From: a virus
Lineage: Duplodnaviria; Heunggongvirae; Uroviricota; Caudoviricetes
IMG/VR virus record: IMGVR_UViG_2711768073_000009
Direction: 5' to 3' (one strand)
DNA: 8,777 nucleotides
A program made the position numbers and the translations under genes. The first letter of the stretch is position 1; every line of letters starts with the position of its first letter. Below, piece after piece: positions 8,400-8,777 of this stretch. The notes below the pieces were generated by a model. The model was not told where the DNA came from. It was given only the letters and a program-made list of their open reading frames with translations, and did no database searches.

Positions 8400-8777
8400 T
8401 ATCTGCATTCCTGCTGCGAAGTGCCGCCCGCTCACGCCAGCTAACCACTTCGCCGGGCGTCATCATGAAGATTTCGGCGGGCGACCAGTTAAAAATAACG
8501 GCAATATCTGCCACAAAGTCTTCTATGTGCTCAAAGCACACAACCGTGATCAGGCTTCCGTCGCCTGTTCGTTCTTCCCGCCAGAGTCCGCACCGCTCAA
8601 AAAATTTACGGCAACCACACATAACTGAATAAAGTCACGGGATGCCATTTTTTTGATCGTCACTTCATCCAGTCGCGGTGATGTCACGCGTGACAGCAGC
8701 GTAAACATGGATTCCGCTTTCAGATTCAGCACATCAGACAGCGACAAATCTCGCAGAGATCCAGCCTGCTCAATAGC
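8386..8777 (-). CDS. Tail assembly chaperone E+E' fusion made by programmed -1 ribosomal frameshift (P2 gpE+E' / lambda G-GT analogue), partial
   Basis: The -1 frame ORF 8386..8622 has no credible start of its own and overlaps the 3' part of E. It ends (TGA, complement of 8386-8388) 14 nt inside the tape measure start. The two frames meet at T TTT TTG. Confidence 0.6.
8550..8777 (-). CDS. E: Tail assembly chaperone E (P2 gpE-like), 5' end probably beyond window end
   Basis: Small ORF directly upstream of the tape measure gene; stop TGA at the complement of 8550-8552. The frame is open to the window edge (ORF track begins at a TTG at 8747), and a gpE-sized protein of about 90 aa would start past nt 8777. 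Contains the slippery heptamer. Assignment rests on position and the frameshift architecture rather than remembered sequence. Confidence 0.6.
   Translation of the reverse strand, partial: AIEQAGSLRDLSLSDVLNLKAESMFTLLSRVTSPRLDEVTIKKMASRDFIQLCVVAVNFLSGADSGGKNEQATEA
8598..8604 (-). other. Slippery heptamer T TTT TTG for the E to E' -1 frameshift
   Basis: Minus strand reads cgtAAATTTTTTGagc. In the E frame the codons are AAT TTT TTG (X XXY YYZ with the heptamer in phase); in the -1 frame AAA TTT TTT GAG continues as KFFERCGLW in the E' ORF. P2 E/E' is reported to use the same TTTTTTG heptamer. Confidence 0.6.

Noticed and set aside
8400-8435. GTG start at 8435 for the tape measure N-terminal ORF
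   Set aside because: The ATG at 8397-8399 has a better-spaced AGGA and gives the expected short overlap with the E' stop; the upstream extension is probably just open frame.
8386-8622. 78-aa ORF starting at the Met at 8620-8622, as a possible independent gene
   Set aside because: Better explained as the -1 frame E' extension reached by frameshifting at the heptamer; no ribosome-binding site, and the Met lies inside E.
1-8777. CRISPR array, tRNA/rRNA genes, integrase or att site
   Set aside because: No regularly spaced direct repeats, no cloverleaf-like or rRNA-like conserved segments noticed, and no recombinase-like ORF; the window appears to be entirely the structural tail region plus cargo.

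Overview
This window is the tail module of a P2-like (Peduovirus-type) enterobacterial prophage, read from sequence alone with no database search. Protein-family calls rest on my recollection of phage P2 proteins and should be confirmed by BLASTP/HMM. The plus strand carries a 5'-truncated baseplate gene J, then I, a mosaic tail fibre gene H and a tail fibre assembly chaperone (1-4100). An AT-rich cargo island follows (about 4100-4870), holding a hexapeptide-repeat acetyltransferase on the minus strand with its own candidate promoter and terminator. The remaining minus-strand genes converge on the fibre genes: tail chaperone E with its -1 frameshift extension E' (T TTT TTG slippery heptamer), tape measure T, and tail protein U. 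The tape measure gene is split into two ORFs by a 218-bp tandem direct duplication (7019-7454) that shifts the frame, with copies differing only at synonymous positions. Gene order departs from P2 (fibre genes convergent with E-T-U, no gpD after gpU), which together with the broken tape measure gene suggests a rearranged or defective prophage, or a chimeric assembly. No rRNA, tRNA, CRISPR array, integrase or att site was seen.
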